Of a DNA stretch of 46,000 nt, positions 32,601-45,021 are shown piece after piece. How positions within the stretch are numbered: position 1 is the first letter of the stretch; every line of letters begins with the position of its first letter. The DNA comes from Takakia lepidozioides (Eukaryota; Plantae; Bryophyta): NCBI GenBank assembly GCA_030704615.1, contig JAKLZA010000032.1, positions 1 to 46,000 on the forward strand. The letters run 5' to 3'. Made by a program: the position numbers and the translations under genes. A model generated the notes under the pieces. It had not been told where the DNA came from. It did not search any database and worked only from the letters and a program-made list of their open reading frames with translations.

Positions 32601-35600
32601 GGAGCTTTCGCATTTCTTATACATCTCTGCCGAAAGGATGGTCTTGAAGTTGGTCAAGGGCATCTGCCCGATCCTTTGTATCCTATAAAGTGTGTGAACC
32701 AGACTCGTTTTGACATGCGATGTCTCCGTCCCTCTGCAGAATGATATCTGAATTTCAGAATGTAATTCAAGGACTTGAATCAAGGAAGAACGGAACCAGA
32801 AGTGCAACATGTACAATGAGAAACCAACCTGTTCACATCATTCATTGCCGTCAGAAGACCCATCATGTTGTCGTCACAATCAAGCACCATCGATCGAACA
32901 GAGTAATGCCACTCTTCCTCCTGTGAGTGCAGCCTCCCAATGACAGCCATCCATGCAAGCAACCGGTGGTTGCCATCCCAAACGTGAAACATCTTCCCCG
33001 AGAATACTTGGGTGGAAGGTTTCCTGGAGAGAAGAAGTTCGAAGGATTCGTTCACCTGTCTCCAAATGGGGTCCCAGGAGTCGACGATTGACTCATCCAA
33101 AAGGAGCTCGTTACCTCTAGAATCCCTAGTAGAAACGTAAAAGACTGCGGATCCATCCAAATACCCATGAACAAACTCGGCCTCCAGCTTGAGAATGTCT
33201 TTGACAAGGGGTGGACGAACGACGGGCATGGAAACCAACCTACACAGGGGAATCTTCAACCTCCCACCAGGAGCAAGCATACTTTGAACCACAAGCTGAG
33301 AGTTCACCTTTTGACCCCCCAGCATCTCAGCGGCTTTGCTTTCATAAAACTCATCGTCAACATCAACTATGGTCTCCTTCCCCTGACCCTGAGGGACCTC
33401 ATCCGCCACACTTTGCATTTTCTCCTGCAAGGTTGTTCACTCAAATTCTTATAAGAGAGGAATGAAACGTCGACCGATGCATGAAAAAGTGGGATAAAAA
33501 GGTAAGTGTTCTTTGAGCTGCCAGGTAAGTGTTCATTGATCCTCACGGACCTGCACTATGTTCCCGATTTTCACAGGGAAAGAACATTGAAAAGTTCTGC
33601 TCAAATATCTGCCCATGAGGGCCGAAAGTTGCGCCCTTCAATATTCATATGTTCTGCCTAAACAGTGTGCGGTTCCGCAGACTGTTTGAGCTGACAGTGA
33701 AGGGTTCATTTTATACTCAGAAATGTGCCCCTGAAGTCCAAATTTTGCACCCAGAAACATTGAAATGCTCAGCTCAAACAGTGTGCGTTGCCGCACACTG
33801 TTTGGGCTGACAGTGAAGGATTCATCTCATCCTCAGAGGGGTGCCCCTGAAGTCCAAATTTTGCAGCCTGAAACATTGAAGTGTTCAGCTCAAACAGAGT
33901 GCGTTGCCGCACACTGTCTGAGCTGGCAGTGAAGGGTTCATTTCACCCTAACATAACAGACATCAAGACCAAATTTTGAACCCTAAAACATTGAAAAGGT
34001 CTGCTCAAACAGTGTGCGTTGCCGCACGCTGTTTGAGCTGGTTTTGAAGGGTTCATTTCATCCTCAGATAACAGACAGCAAAGACCAAATTTTGCACCCT
34101 TAAACATTGAAATGTTCAGCTCAAACAGTGTGCGTTGCCGCACACTGTCTGAGCTGGCAGTGAAGGGTTCATTTCACCCTCACATAACAGACATCAAGAC
34201 CAAATTTTGCACCCTAAAACAGGGAAATGTTCAGCTCAAACAGTGTGCGTTGCCGCACACTGTTTGAGCTGGCAGCACAGTGTTCATTTCATCCTGAGAT
34301 AGGTGCCCCTGAAGTCCAAATTTTGCACCAAGAAACATTGAAGTGCTCAGCTCAAACAGTGTGCGTTGCCGCACACTGTTTGGGCTGACAGTGAAGGGTT
34401 CATCTCATCCTCAGAGACGTGCCCCTGAAGTCCAAATTTTGCACACTAGAACATTGAAATGTTCAGCTCAAACAGTGTGCGTTGCCGCACACTGTCTGAG
34501 CTGGCAGTGAAGGGTTCATTTCACCCTCACACAGGTGCCCCTGAAGTCCAAATTTTGCACCCAGAAACATTGAAATGCTCAGCTCAAACAGTGTGCGTTG
34601 CCGCACACTGTTTGGGCTGACAGTGAAGGATTCATCTCATCCTCAGAGGGGTGCCCCTGAAGTCCAAATTTTGCAGCCTGAAACATTGAAGTGTTCAGCT
34701 CAAACAGAGTGCGTTGCCGCACACTGTCTGAGCTGGCAGTGAAGGGTTCATTTCACCCTTACATAACAGACATCAAGACCAAATTTTGAACCCTAAAACA
34801 TTGAAAAGGTCTGCTCAAACAGTGTGCGTTGCCGCACGCTGTTTGAGCTGGTTTTGAAGGATTCATTTCATCCTCAGATAACAGTCAGCAAAGACCAAAT
34901 TTTGCACCCTTAAACATTGAAATGTTCAGCTCAAACAGTGTGCGTTGCCGCACACTGTCTGAGCTGGCAGTGAAGGGTTCATTTCACCATCACATAACAG
35001 ACATCAAGACCAAATTTTGCACCCTAAAACAGGGAAATGTTCAGCTCAAACAGTGTGCGTTGCCGCACACTGTTTGAGCTGGCAGCACAGGTTCATTTCA
35101 TCCAGAGATAGGTGCCCCTGAAGTCCAAATTTTGCACCAAGAAACATTGAAGTGCTCAGCTCAAACAGTGTGCGTTGCCGCACACTTTTTGGGCTGACAG
35201 TGAAGGGTTCATCTCATCCTCAGAGACGTGCCCCTGAAGTCCAAATTTTGCACCTTAGAACATTGAAATGTTCAGCTCAAACAGTGTGCGTTGCCGCACA
35301 CTGTCTGAGCTGGCAGTGAAGGGTTCATTTCACCCTCACACAGGTGCCCCTGAAGTCCAAATTCTGCACCCAGAAACATTGAAATGCTCAGCTCAAACAG
35401 TGTGCGTTGCCGCACACTGTCTGAGCTGGCAGTGAAGGGTTCATTTCACCCTCACACAGGTGCCCCTGAAGTCCAAATTTTGCACCCAGAAACATTGAAA
35501 TGCTCAGCTCAAACAGTGTGCGTTGCCGCACACTGTCTGAGCTGGCAGTGAAGGGTTCATTTCACCCTCACACAGGTGCCCCTGAAGTCCAAATTTTACA

Positions 35601-38600
35601 CCCAGAAACATTGAAATGCTCAGCTCAAACAGTGTGCGTTGCCGCACACTGTCTGAGCTGGCAGTGAAGGGTTCATTTCACCCTAACATAACAGACATCA
35701 AGACCAAATTTTGAACCCTAAAACATTGAAAAGGTCTGCTCAAACAGTGTGCGTTGCCGCACACTGTTTGAGCTGGTTTTGAAGGGTTCATTTCATCCTC
35801 AGATAACAGTCAGCAAAGACCAAATTTTGCACCCTTAAACATTGAAATGTTCAGCTCAAACAGTGTGCGTTGCCGCACACTGTCTGAGCTGGCAGTGAAG
35901 GGTTCATTTCACCCTCACATAACAGACATCAAGACCAAATTTTGCACCCTAAAACATTGAAATGTTCAGCTCAAACAGTGTGCGTTGCCGCACACTGTTT
36001 GAGCTGGCAGCAAGTGTTCATTTCATCCCAGATAGGTGCCCCTGAAGTCCAAATTTTGCATTAAGAAACATTGAAGTGCTCAGCTCAAACAGTGTGCGTT
36101 GCCGCACACTGTTTGGGCTAACAGTGAAGGGTTCATCTCATCCTTAGAGACGTGCCCCTGAAGTCCAAATTTTGCACCCTAGAACATTGAAATGTTCAGC
36201 TCAAACAGTGTGCGTTGCCGCACACTGTCTGAGCTGGCAGTGAAGGGTTCATTTCACCCTCACACAGGTGCCCCTGAAGTCCAAATTTTGCACCCAGAAA
36301 CATTGAAATGCTCAGCTCAAACAGTGTGCGTTGCCGCACACTGTCTGAGGTGGCAGTGAAGGGTTCATTTCACCCTCACACAGGTGCCCCTGAAGTCCAA
36401 ATTTTGCACCCAGAAACATTGAAATGCTCAGCTCAAACAGTGTGCGTTGCCGCACACTGTCTGAGCTGGCAGTGAAGGGTTCATTTCACCCTCACACAGG
36501 TGCCCCTGAAGTCCAAATTTTACACCCAGAAACATTGAAATGCTCAGCTCAAACAGTGTGCGTTGCCGCACACTGTCTGAGCTGGCAGTGAAGGGTTCAT
36601 TTCACCCTAACATAACAGACATCAAGACCAAATTTTGCACCCTAAAACATTGAAAAGGTCTGCTCAAACAGTGTGCGTTGCCGCACACTGTTTGAGCTGG
36701 TTTTGAAGGGTTCATTTCATCCTCAGATAACAGTCAGCAAAGACCAAATTTTGCACCCTTAAACATTGAAATGTTCAGCTCAAACAGTGTGCGTTGCCGC
36801 ACACTGTCTGAGCTGGCAGTGAAGGGTTCATTTCACCCTCACATAACAGACCCTGAAGACCAAATTTTGCACCCTAAAACATTGAAATGTTCAGCTCAAA
36901 CAGTGTGCGTTGCCGCACACTGTTGAGCTGGCAGTGAAGGGTTCATTTCATCCCGAGATAGGTGCCCCTGAAGTCCAAATTTTGCATTAAGAAACATTGA
37001 AATGCTCAGCTCAAACAGTGTGCGTTGCCGCACACTGTTTGGGCTAACAGTGAAGGGTTCATCTCATCCTCAGAGACGTGCCCCTGAAGTCCAAATTTTG
37101 CACCCTAGAACATTGAAATGTTCAGCTCAAACAGTGTGCGTTGCCGCACACTGTCTGAGCTGGCAGTGAAGGGTTCATTTCACCCTCACACAGGTGCCCC
37201 TGAAGTCCAAATTTTGCACCCAGAAACATTGAAATGCTCAGCTCAAACAGTGTGCGTTGCCGCACACTGTCTGAGCTGGCAGTGAAGGGTTCATTTCACC
37301 CTCACACAGGTGCCCCTGAAGTCCAAATTTTGCACCCAGAAACATTGAAATGCTCAGCTCAAACAGTGTGCGTTGCCGCACACTGTCTGAGCTGGCAGTG
37401 AAGGGTTCATTTCACCCTCACACAGGTGCCCCTGAAGTCCAAATTTTGCACCCAGAAAATTGAAATGCTCAGCTCAAACAGTGTGCATTGCCGCACACTG
37501 TCTGAGCTGGCAGTGAAGGGTTCATTTCACCCTCACACAGGTGCCCCTGAAGTCCAAATTTTGCACCCAGAAACATTGAAATGCTCAGCTCAAACAGTGT
37601 GCGTTGCCGCACACTGTCTGAGCTGGCAGTGAAGGGTTCATTTCACCTCACACAGGTGCCCCTGAAGTCCAAATTTTGCACCCAGAAACATTGAAATGCT
37701 CAGCTCAAACAGTGTGCGTTGCCGCACACTGTTTGGGCTGACAGTGAAGGGTTCATTTCATCCGCAAACAGGTGCCCCTGAAGACCAAATTTTGCACCCT
37801 AAAACATTGAAATGTTCAGCTCAAACATGTGCGTTGCCGCACACTGTTTGGGCTGACAGTGAAGGGTTCATTTCATCCTCAAACAGGTGCCCCTGAAGAC
37901 CAAATTTGCACCCAGAAACATTGAAATGTCAGCTCAAACAGTGTGCGTTGCCGCACACTGTTTGGGCTGACAGTGAAGGGTTCATTCATCCTCAGAGAGG
38001 TGCCTCTGAAGTCCAAATTTTGCACCCTGAAACATTGAAGTGTTCCGCTCAAACAGTGTGCGTTGCCGCACACTGTTTGGGCTGACAGTGAAGGGTTCAT
38101 TTCATCCTCAAACTGGTGCCCCTGAAGTCCAAATTTTGCACCCTGAAACATTGAAGTGTTCAGCTCAAACAGTATGCGTTGCCGCACACTGTTTGAGCTG
38201 ACAGTGTAGGGTTCATTTCATCCTCAGATAGGTGCCCCTGGAGTTCAAATTTTGCACCCAGAAACATTGAAATGCTCAGCTCAAACAGTGTGCGTTGCCG
38301 CACACTGTCTGAGCTGGCAGTGAAGGGTTCATTTCACCCTCACATAACAGACTCAAGACCAAATTTTGCACCCTAAAACATTGAAATGTTCAGCTCAAAC
38401 AGTGTGCGTTGCCGCACACTGTTTGAGCTGGCAGCACATTGTTCATTTCATCCTGAGATAGGTGCCCCTGAAGTCCAAATTTTGCACCAAGAAACATTGA
38501 AGTGCTCAGCTCAAACAGTGTGCGTTGCCGCACCCTGTTTGGGCTGACAGTGAAGGGTTCATTTCATCCTCAAACAGGTGCCCCTGAAGACCAAATTTTG

Positions 38601-39971
38601 CACCTTGAAACATTGAAATGTTCAGGTCGAACAGTGTGCGTTGCCGCACACTGTTTGGGCTGACAGTGAAGGGTTCATCTCATCCTCAGAGAGGTGCCTC
38701 TGAAGTCCAAATTTTGCACCCTGAAACATGAAGTGTTCAGCTCAAACAGTGTGCGTTGCCGCACACTGTTTGGGCTGACATTGAAGGTTCATTTCATCCT
38801 CAAACTGGTGCCCCTGAAGTCCAAATTTTGCACCCTGAAACATTGAAGTGTTCAGCTCAAACAGTATGCGTTGCCGCACACTGTTTAAGCTGACAGTGTA
38901 GGGTTCATTTCATCCTCAGATAGGTGCCCCTGGAGTTCAAATTTTCCACCCTGAAACATTGAAATGTTCAGCTCAAACAGTGTGCGTTGCCGCACACTGT
39001 TGAGCTGGCAGTGCAGGGTTCATTCATCCTCAGAAAGGTACCCATGAAGTCCAAATTTTGCACCCTTAACATTGAAATTTCAGCTCAAACAGTGTGCGTT
39101 GCCGCACACTGTTTGAGCTGGCATTGCAGGGTTCACTCCATCCTCAGAAAGGTACCCATGAAGTCCAAATTTTGCACCCTTAAACATTGAAATGTTCAGC
39201 TCAAACAGTGTGCGTTGCCGCACACTGTTTGAGCTGGCAGTGCAGGGTTCATTCATCCTCAGAAGGTGCCCCTGAAGTCCAGATTTTGCACCCAGAAACA
39301 TTGAAATGTTCAGCTCAAACAGTGTGCGGCGCCGCACACTGTTTGGGCTGGCTGGGAAGGGTTCATTTCACCTGCAGATAACTGACTCCAAGGCCAAATT
39401 TTGCACCCTACAACATTGAAAAGATCTGCTCAAACAGTGTGCGTTGCCGCACACTGTTTGAGCTGGCAGTGCGGGGTTCATTTCATCCTCAGAAAGGTGT
39501 CGTTGAAGGAAGAATTTTGCACCCTTAAACAGTGACATGTGCAGCTCAAACAGTGTGCGGCAACGCACCACTGTTTGAGCTGCCGCTGAATGGTTCTTTC
39601 TTTCACAAATACCTGCCATTGAAAGCCGAATTCTTCACAAATAGGGGTCCTGTAGATTTTACCTTTTTCCTAGCTACTCGAGAAGACTCCCAGTTGCCGG
39701 GGACCCTTTCCGCTTCGGGCTGCTCTCTTCGCCGACTATGTAGGTGAGCCTCTCCCCCTTCCTCTTTCCGTGGTCAGATCGTTCGTGAGGCCAGTGTCAA
39801 CATCTTCCTCCATGTCGTCTGTCTCTCCCTCAGACGCAGTGTCCTCCTCGCCTGTTCCTGGAACTATGGTGGGTTGTTGTTCTTCTCCAGATTCCTGCTC
39901 CTCCATCGCCACACTTTCCGTATTCCCTCTTCTTCCTCCTTTTCCTCTTCCTCCACTCTTTCCATCCTCAT
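29689..39971 (-). CDS. ParB-N domain / beta-class amino DNA methyltransferase-like fusion, copy 2 (best preserved; indels in exon 1 and probably exon 8)
   Basis: ORFs 32780..33430 (DGNHR), 32466..32816, 31982..32488, 31581..31985, 30357..31484 (LIILDIPDG), 29958..30320 and 29689..29961 are linked by GT-AG introns. Splicing 29999 to 29882 gives VLDLSMGTG-ASYHACKASARHVFGIEGDAEIY. Predicted intron 1 is 39662-33425. Confidence 0.78.
33660..39583. repeat. Tandem array of ~51 x 115-116-bp palindrome units with higher-order structure
   Basis: Same unit as 5857-10878 in reverse complement. A 7-unit block repeats at 810 bp (33811 to 34621), followed by 8-unit blocks. Confidence 0.97.
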
Positions 39972-40910
39972 TCTATATCTAGCTCTATTCCTGTTTCTAG
40001 AACTCGTGAAGTATAATGACTTCCTTCTCTTTCTCCTCCGCTGGAAACAAGGGCTCCCCACGATGCCCCTGGAGCTCTCCAGTTTGACGTTTGCAACAAG
40101 TGCTGGTATCGCATGTAACAAAATAAAAATGGACGTTGTCAACCGTATTTGGATGCGGGTGTTGATATTGTGTGCGAACGAATTCATCCATTTTGTCGTC
40201 TTTGTATTACCCAGCTAATAAAGCGCCGAAGAAAAAGAACATCCGTTGCATGCATTTGCGATATATGTCAGATGTACTCGCCGCCTGCCAATACATGGCG
40301 GCCTCCTTGCCTTCTTTCAAATTCGAATGCGCCGTAGAAATGTAGTGCTTTTTCAATTCCGAGCAGTTCTTCCAGATTCGCAATAATTGTTATGCTTCAC
40401 ATATGCATCCACGTGTGTTGTACTGCATGCCCTGTGGTTTTTTTTATGCCGTGACCGTCCCCATGGGGTCATTCGGTATAAAGGATTGTGTCGGATATGA
40501 CCATGTGTTGCACACATTCGTGCGAGGTATCTCTTGGAGTGTCGGTGTTTGTTCTGTGCTATTCTGGCGCAACACAATCTCATTACAATCGGATCTTCCT
40601 GTTTACTGCTCTCCAGGGTTGTTGCCGTCATTTCATAATGGATGGTTTCATGTCATTTTCAGGGTTTGTTTTCCATCCAAAAACAGTACGGCTTCTTGTG
40701 GCTCTGGTCTTTCAAAACGGTTTTTCTGGTTGGTGGGAGGTGAAGGTGCACGTCATCCCTACATCCTTGGCATGCATCGCCGGCAGCCTTTGGTTTGGTG
40801 CTACCCTTGTTGACCTCAGTTTGCTGGTGGTATTTCCACTTTCGATAATTACGGGCTCTCAGTTCGGGGATTCCGTTCTGAATCGGCAGTTTCGTTCAGT
40901 GCTGGAAAAC

Positions 40911-43900
40911 ATGTCGAGGGAGCGAGATGCACTCGCTCGATTCCATTCCAATGCAGGTACTCTTCCACTGACTGCCACTGCAGACGACGATGGGTATGCA
41001 GTTGTTCATGAGGATGAGCTGGTTACAGTGTTCCCGCTGGAGTTGGGTTCTCTGCTTGTTCAGAAAGAGGTGTATGACGAGGATGGGAATTTGGATTCTG
41101 GGCACTTGGAGAAACCCTTGGTTGGCGAGTGTGGAAGGAAGTGGAGAGTCCTTCCAGGAACATACCGTGTCCTTGGAAAAGAGAGAAGACAATCAGCAGG
41201 ATCAGTCGTTACCCCTGGCACTGCAGCATCGGTCGTGCAACAGAAGGGCACAGTTCCTGTGAAACAAGAGGTGAGCACATCCACTACCTTCGTTACTCTT
41301 TCGGACTCGTCCTCGGAGGATGTTTCTGAGATTCCTCCGCCAGTGCAAACTCCCTTATTGGATGATGACGAATTGCAAGAGATAACAAGTGTCATTCAAA
41401 ATTGAAAGCCCTCGCAGGTGTGCCTGGGTGCAAGAGCGAGCTACGTTTTGTTGATTGGGAGTCCCTTCCAGTGCAACGGGTTCAATACGTGCCAGCTCAG
41501 TTTGATGGGGACATCTTGTTTGAGCTCAACCCTCCCACGTCTTCCAGTGGACTGGCTGGGCTTCTGCAGGGCATGGACAAGAAACATGACGGACATCCTT
41601 GGTGCAGGACAAAAACTTCGAACATCCATAACGACATTGGCTTGAAATTTCGGAGGTCGGTTTGCGTTGGGCATTGCAAGTGCCTGAATATTTCTTGCCC
41701 TCGGCTGAGAAACAGCGCTCAGCCAAACGAAAGTGAGTGGAAGGTGTGCCCCTGAATCCTTTCACCCCAGGGCTTGCACCTCCCAAGACCAATACTTTTG
41801 TGTGCAGGTTCTGCAAACTTTCCCGTCCTGTGTTTCTGTTTGCCACGCTCGTATGTATCAGGTGGCACATCGATGCAAGACAATGACTCGTGCCTGCATT
41901 CATATGGGTGCACACGAGCATCCTGTGTCCAAAGGGAGTTGCAGGGATAGCGTGGACATCGCTAGAAATCTACTGAAGCAAGAGTTCCATAATGCCCCTT
42001 CTGCAACACCTTCTGCTATAGCGCTTGCAGCTAGCAAGGCATTCCTGGAAAAACACATACTGGGTGAAGGGGATGCGACACAGCCAATGCTGGATGCAGA
42101 TTCCCTTGAGGCAGTCATGGACCATTTTCCGTGTTGAGCTCTCCCAATATTCGAAACCAGGTGAATGCACTCAGAATGGGCACAGGCACTGCTGGATTCA
42201 TGGACAACATTATGGACCTCAAACGGAGGAGTCGCTATGAATTCATTCAAAACAGTATCTTCCCTGGCCAGGGCTCGTCCAAAGTGTATTTGTTCAAGAT
42301 GTCCGCTGTGGGCCAAGGCAGTGGTGTGAGCATTGTCCGCCGAATGCAACCTGGAGGAGATTTGGCTAAATGTTGGTTAATGTTTGATCACTGCAAACGG
42401 GTGAAGGGTTGGACAACCATGGCGTGCCATGTGTATGATCCAGCGTACCAGCGTGTGCTCTCCATAGCAATTTGTGATATGCAGTCGGAGGACACTGAAT
42501 CCCAGATGCTCATGTGGAATTCCCTCCTGACCGTCATGCAGCGCAATGGAATACAGAACACAAATTTGCGGGCTTCATGGCTGATAGTGCACAGGCAAAT
42601 TTCAATGCAGTGCGGCGCGTGTTTGGTTCTGGGGATCCTAAGGTCCCCATGGAAAATAGGGAGCGCACATGCCTCTTCCATTGGAGTCAATCTCTGGCAC
42701 GTCATACAAAGCGCTGCATTCGCCCTGACCTTCAGTTGGAGCATAGAAGGCTCTGTCTGAAGTACAAGAATGCCACCTCAATGGGAGAAGCTGAGAGCAC
42801 TTACCAGGCAATCCGGGCTTGGTGGTTCTCCGCTGGTGCTGCTACAGGTATCCACCTGAAGGAGTTGGAGGACTGGTTGGTTTTCTGGCACTTCAGGTAC
42901 AGACAGTGGGAGCTTTCAATGACGACGGTAAGCCTCACAAGTTTTCCTTAAACACAAATTGCACTTTGCATCGTGCCTGTTCATTTGGGTTGTTCGATTG
43001 TCACTTGAAGAACCTCTACCATTTCTTTTCCTTCCTCACATTTCCATGCAATGCCTCCTGCAGGACATGTCCTTGGAGGACTTGGCCGAATGCCATCGTG
43101 TAATTTGGCAGAGACTGTTCACAACGCCTGGATGCAACAGTCTACCAAAGCAGGTCGTGACTTGTATGTGGCCACTGCTGATGACATGGTGCGGGCACTT
43201 ACACAACAAACCAGGTACCGCAATTTTCTGATGGGACGGGGTGGAGGGAAGGGCCCCGATTCGACTTTGTTGATGCTAAGGGCTGCGAGTAGGTCCGGAG
43301 ACCCGTCAAAGATGGCCAGAGCTCTAAACAGGTGCACTGAAGGCTCCCCTCTGCCAATCCAGGCTCCCCCATTTGGAAGGCGAGGGAAAGATTGGATCAT
43401 GGATCATGCAAAAGGAAATTAAACACTCTTCCAGGGTCAGATGGAGATTCCCATAGGCCAGACAGGGTCAATTTCTCTGTGCCAAAGGTGTCTCCAGTGC
43501 AGACTAAGTCCTGTGCCGGCCCCTTCCCAGGTGGGTCCTCCTCCTGTGGAGCAGGTGCAGAACATGCAAGCATAGCAGCGGAAATCCCATTGGAGGAGGT
43601 GGTGGCCATGGTGCAGGAATCTGATTGCATTGATAGTGACTGGCATATAGAACGCACCCCACCAGGATCTAGAGTGGCTTGCATGGCAATTCGGACCCCT
43701 CTTTCAAGAAATGCAAATCAAAAATATGCAAAGGCTCCAGGGGGACTCCAGCTCCAACATTCACAGGGTTGTTCCGACCTTACCATAGTGGGGAGTCAAA
43801 AGACACAAGTTTTGGTTCTGCCCAGACGATATGGCACGATGCGTGAAGGGAACAGTTCGTCCTTCCGTGATAATGAAGCCCCCTCCCCCCGCAATTTGGC

Positions 43901-44479
43901 CTGTGAAAATTGGGACATCGCTGTCCTCAACCGAGATAAGCATGCTGGAGGAGGGAGGGTTTTGTCTTGCACGGTCCCGGGTGGTGCCCTTATGCACTGT
44001 CGGCACAGATGTGCCACATGCTCCGACAATGCCTCCACCCGGTGCCGACTCCCACCCAACAAAAAGAGATGGAAAAACAGTGCGCCGTGTTGCTTTGTGC
44101 AGATCACGAATGCAAGATGGAATCGGCTAGAATTTTGCAGGCTACGGTGACTCGTATCACCGAAGTCCCTTCCCCGGGGTATGGACGGATTTACACAGTG
44201 CTGTCAATTGGCTCAGTTCTTCATGCCAAAGAATATCAAGTTACCATTGGGAATTTCCCATCGTGCACTTGTCCGGATTTTGTAACGATGCGTGAGGGCG
44301 CTCTCGGCATGAGAGGGAAGTGGGTCCCCTGCAAGCATCAATATTACATATACCTTGTAATTATGTGTTGCGACGGTAAGAGAGACCAATTCATTCACCA
44401 AGCCACACTAGGCTACGGAGAAGTCATCACCCTTCTGCAGCGGGACACCTCGCGTAGAGCTCCGCCAACTTCTCTTTGA
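40911..44479 (+). pseudogene. MULE-like GCM/DDE/SWIM transposase, copy 2, with multiple frameshifts as assembled; intron 42928-43063
   Basis: Near-identical to 954-4525 but split into many ORFs by 1-bp indels. Confidence 0.85.
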
Positions 44480-45021
44480 ACACATACGAGCCATGCCCGC
44501 TTCCCATGCTGGTTTCCAGGTTGCCGTGTGAAGACTTTTCATTTTATGACAAACATATACATTTCGTTCACTTGTGAGGGCAAATGCACTTGCGATTCAT
44601 TGTAAGCGTCTCTCTGTGAATTGAAATAAACTGTGTCAATCATTCTGAGCTCAAATCTGCCATGTTACATATTCCTCTTTTTTGGCACGCATTGCAGACA
44701 TGGTGCATGGTGGCCTCCTTTGTTTTGTCCACGGTAATAGGCCCTCTTCCTGCAATCCTCGCCTATAGGACCTGCTTCTCCAGCAGATTCATGCCGCTCA
44801 CGCTTCCCTGAAGCGTGAGCTCAGCTCACGCTTCAAAGCTTGAACGTGAGCTCAGCTCCCAGGCTCACGGGGCTGGGCTCACGCCGTAGCTACGCTGCCC
44901 TTACATAGGAACCCTTGCACCAAAAACCTTTTAAAAACCTTTGTCTTTTCCCCGATGCAGATGAGTCTCATGACCAATCAAGTGAGCGTTCAAAAACCTT
45001 TTTGAAACGTTTCACGAAGTT

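Larger units (their letters stand above)
28899..44897 (+). mobile_element. Large MULE-like DNA transposon, copy 2 (~16.0 kb, inverted relative to copy 1)
   Basis: Begins CAGGGGGGGTGCTATTCCGTGAGCC and ends GGCTCACGCCGTAGCTACGCTG. Same gene content as copy 1, with a longer tandem array. Confidence 0.9.

Noticed and set aside
33660-39583. 5S rRNA or tRNA tandem genes (unit length near 120 bp)
   Set aside because: No resemblance to 5S or tRNA sequence, and no recognisable A/B/C boxes.
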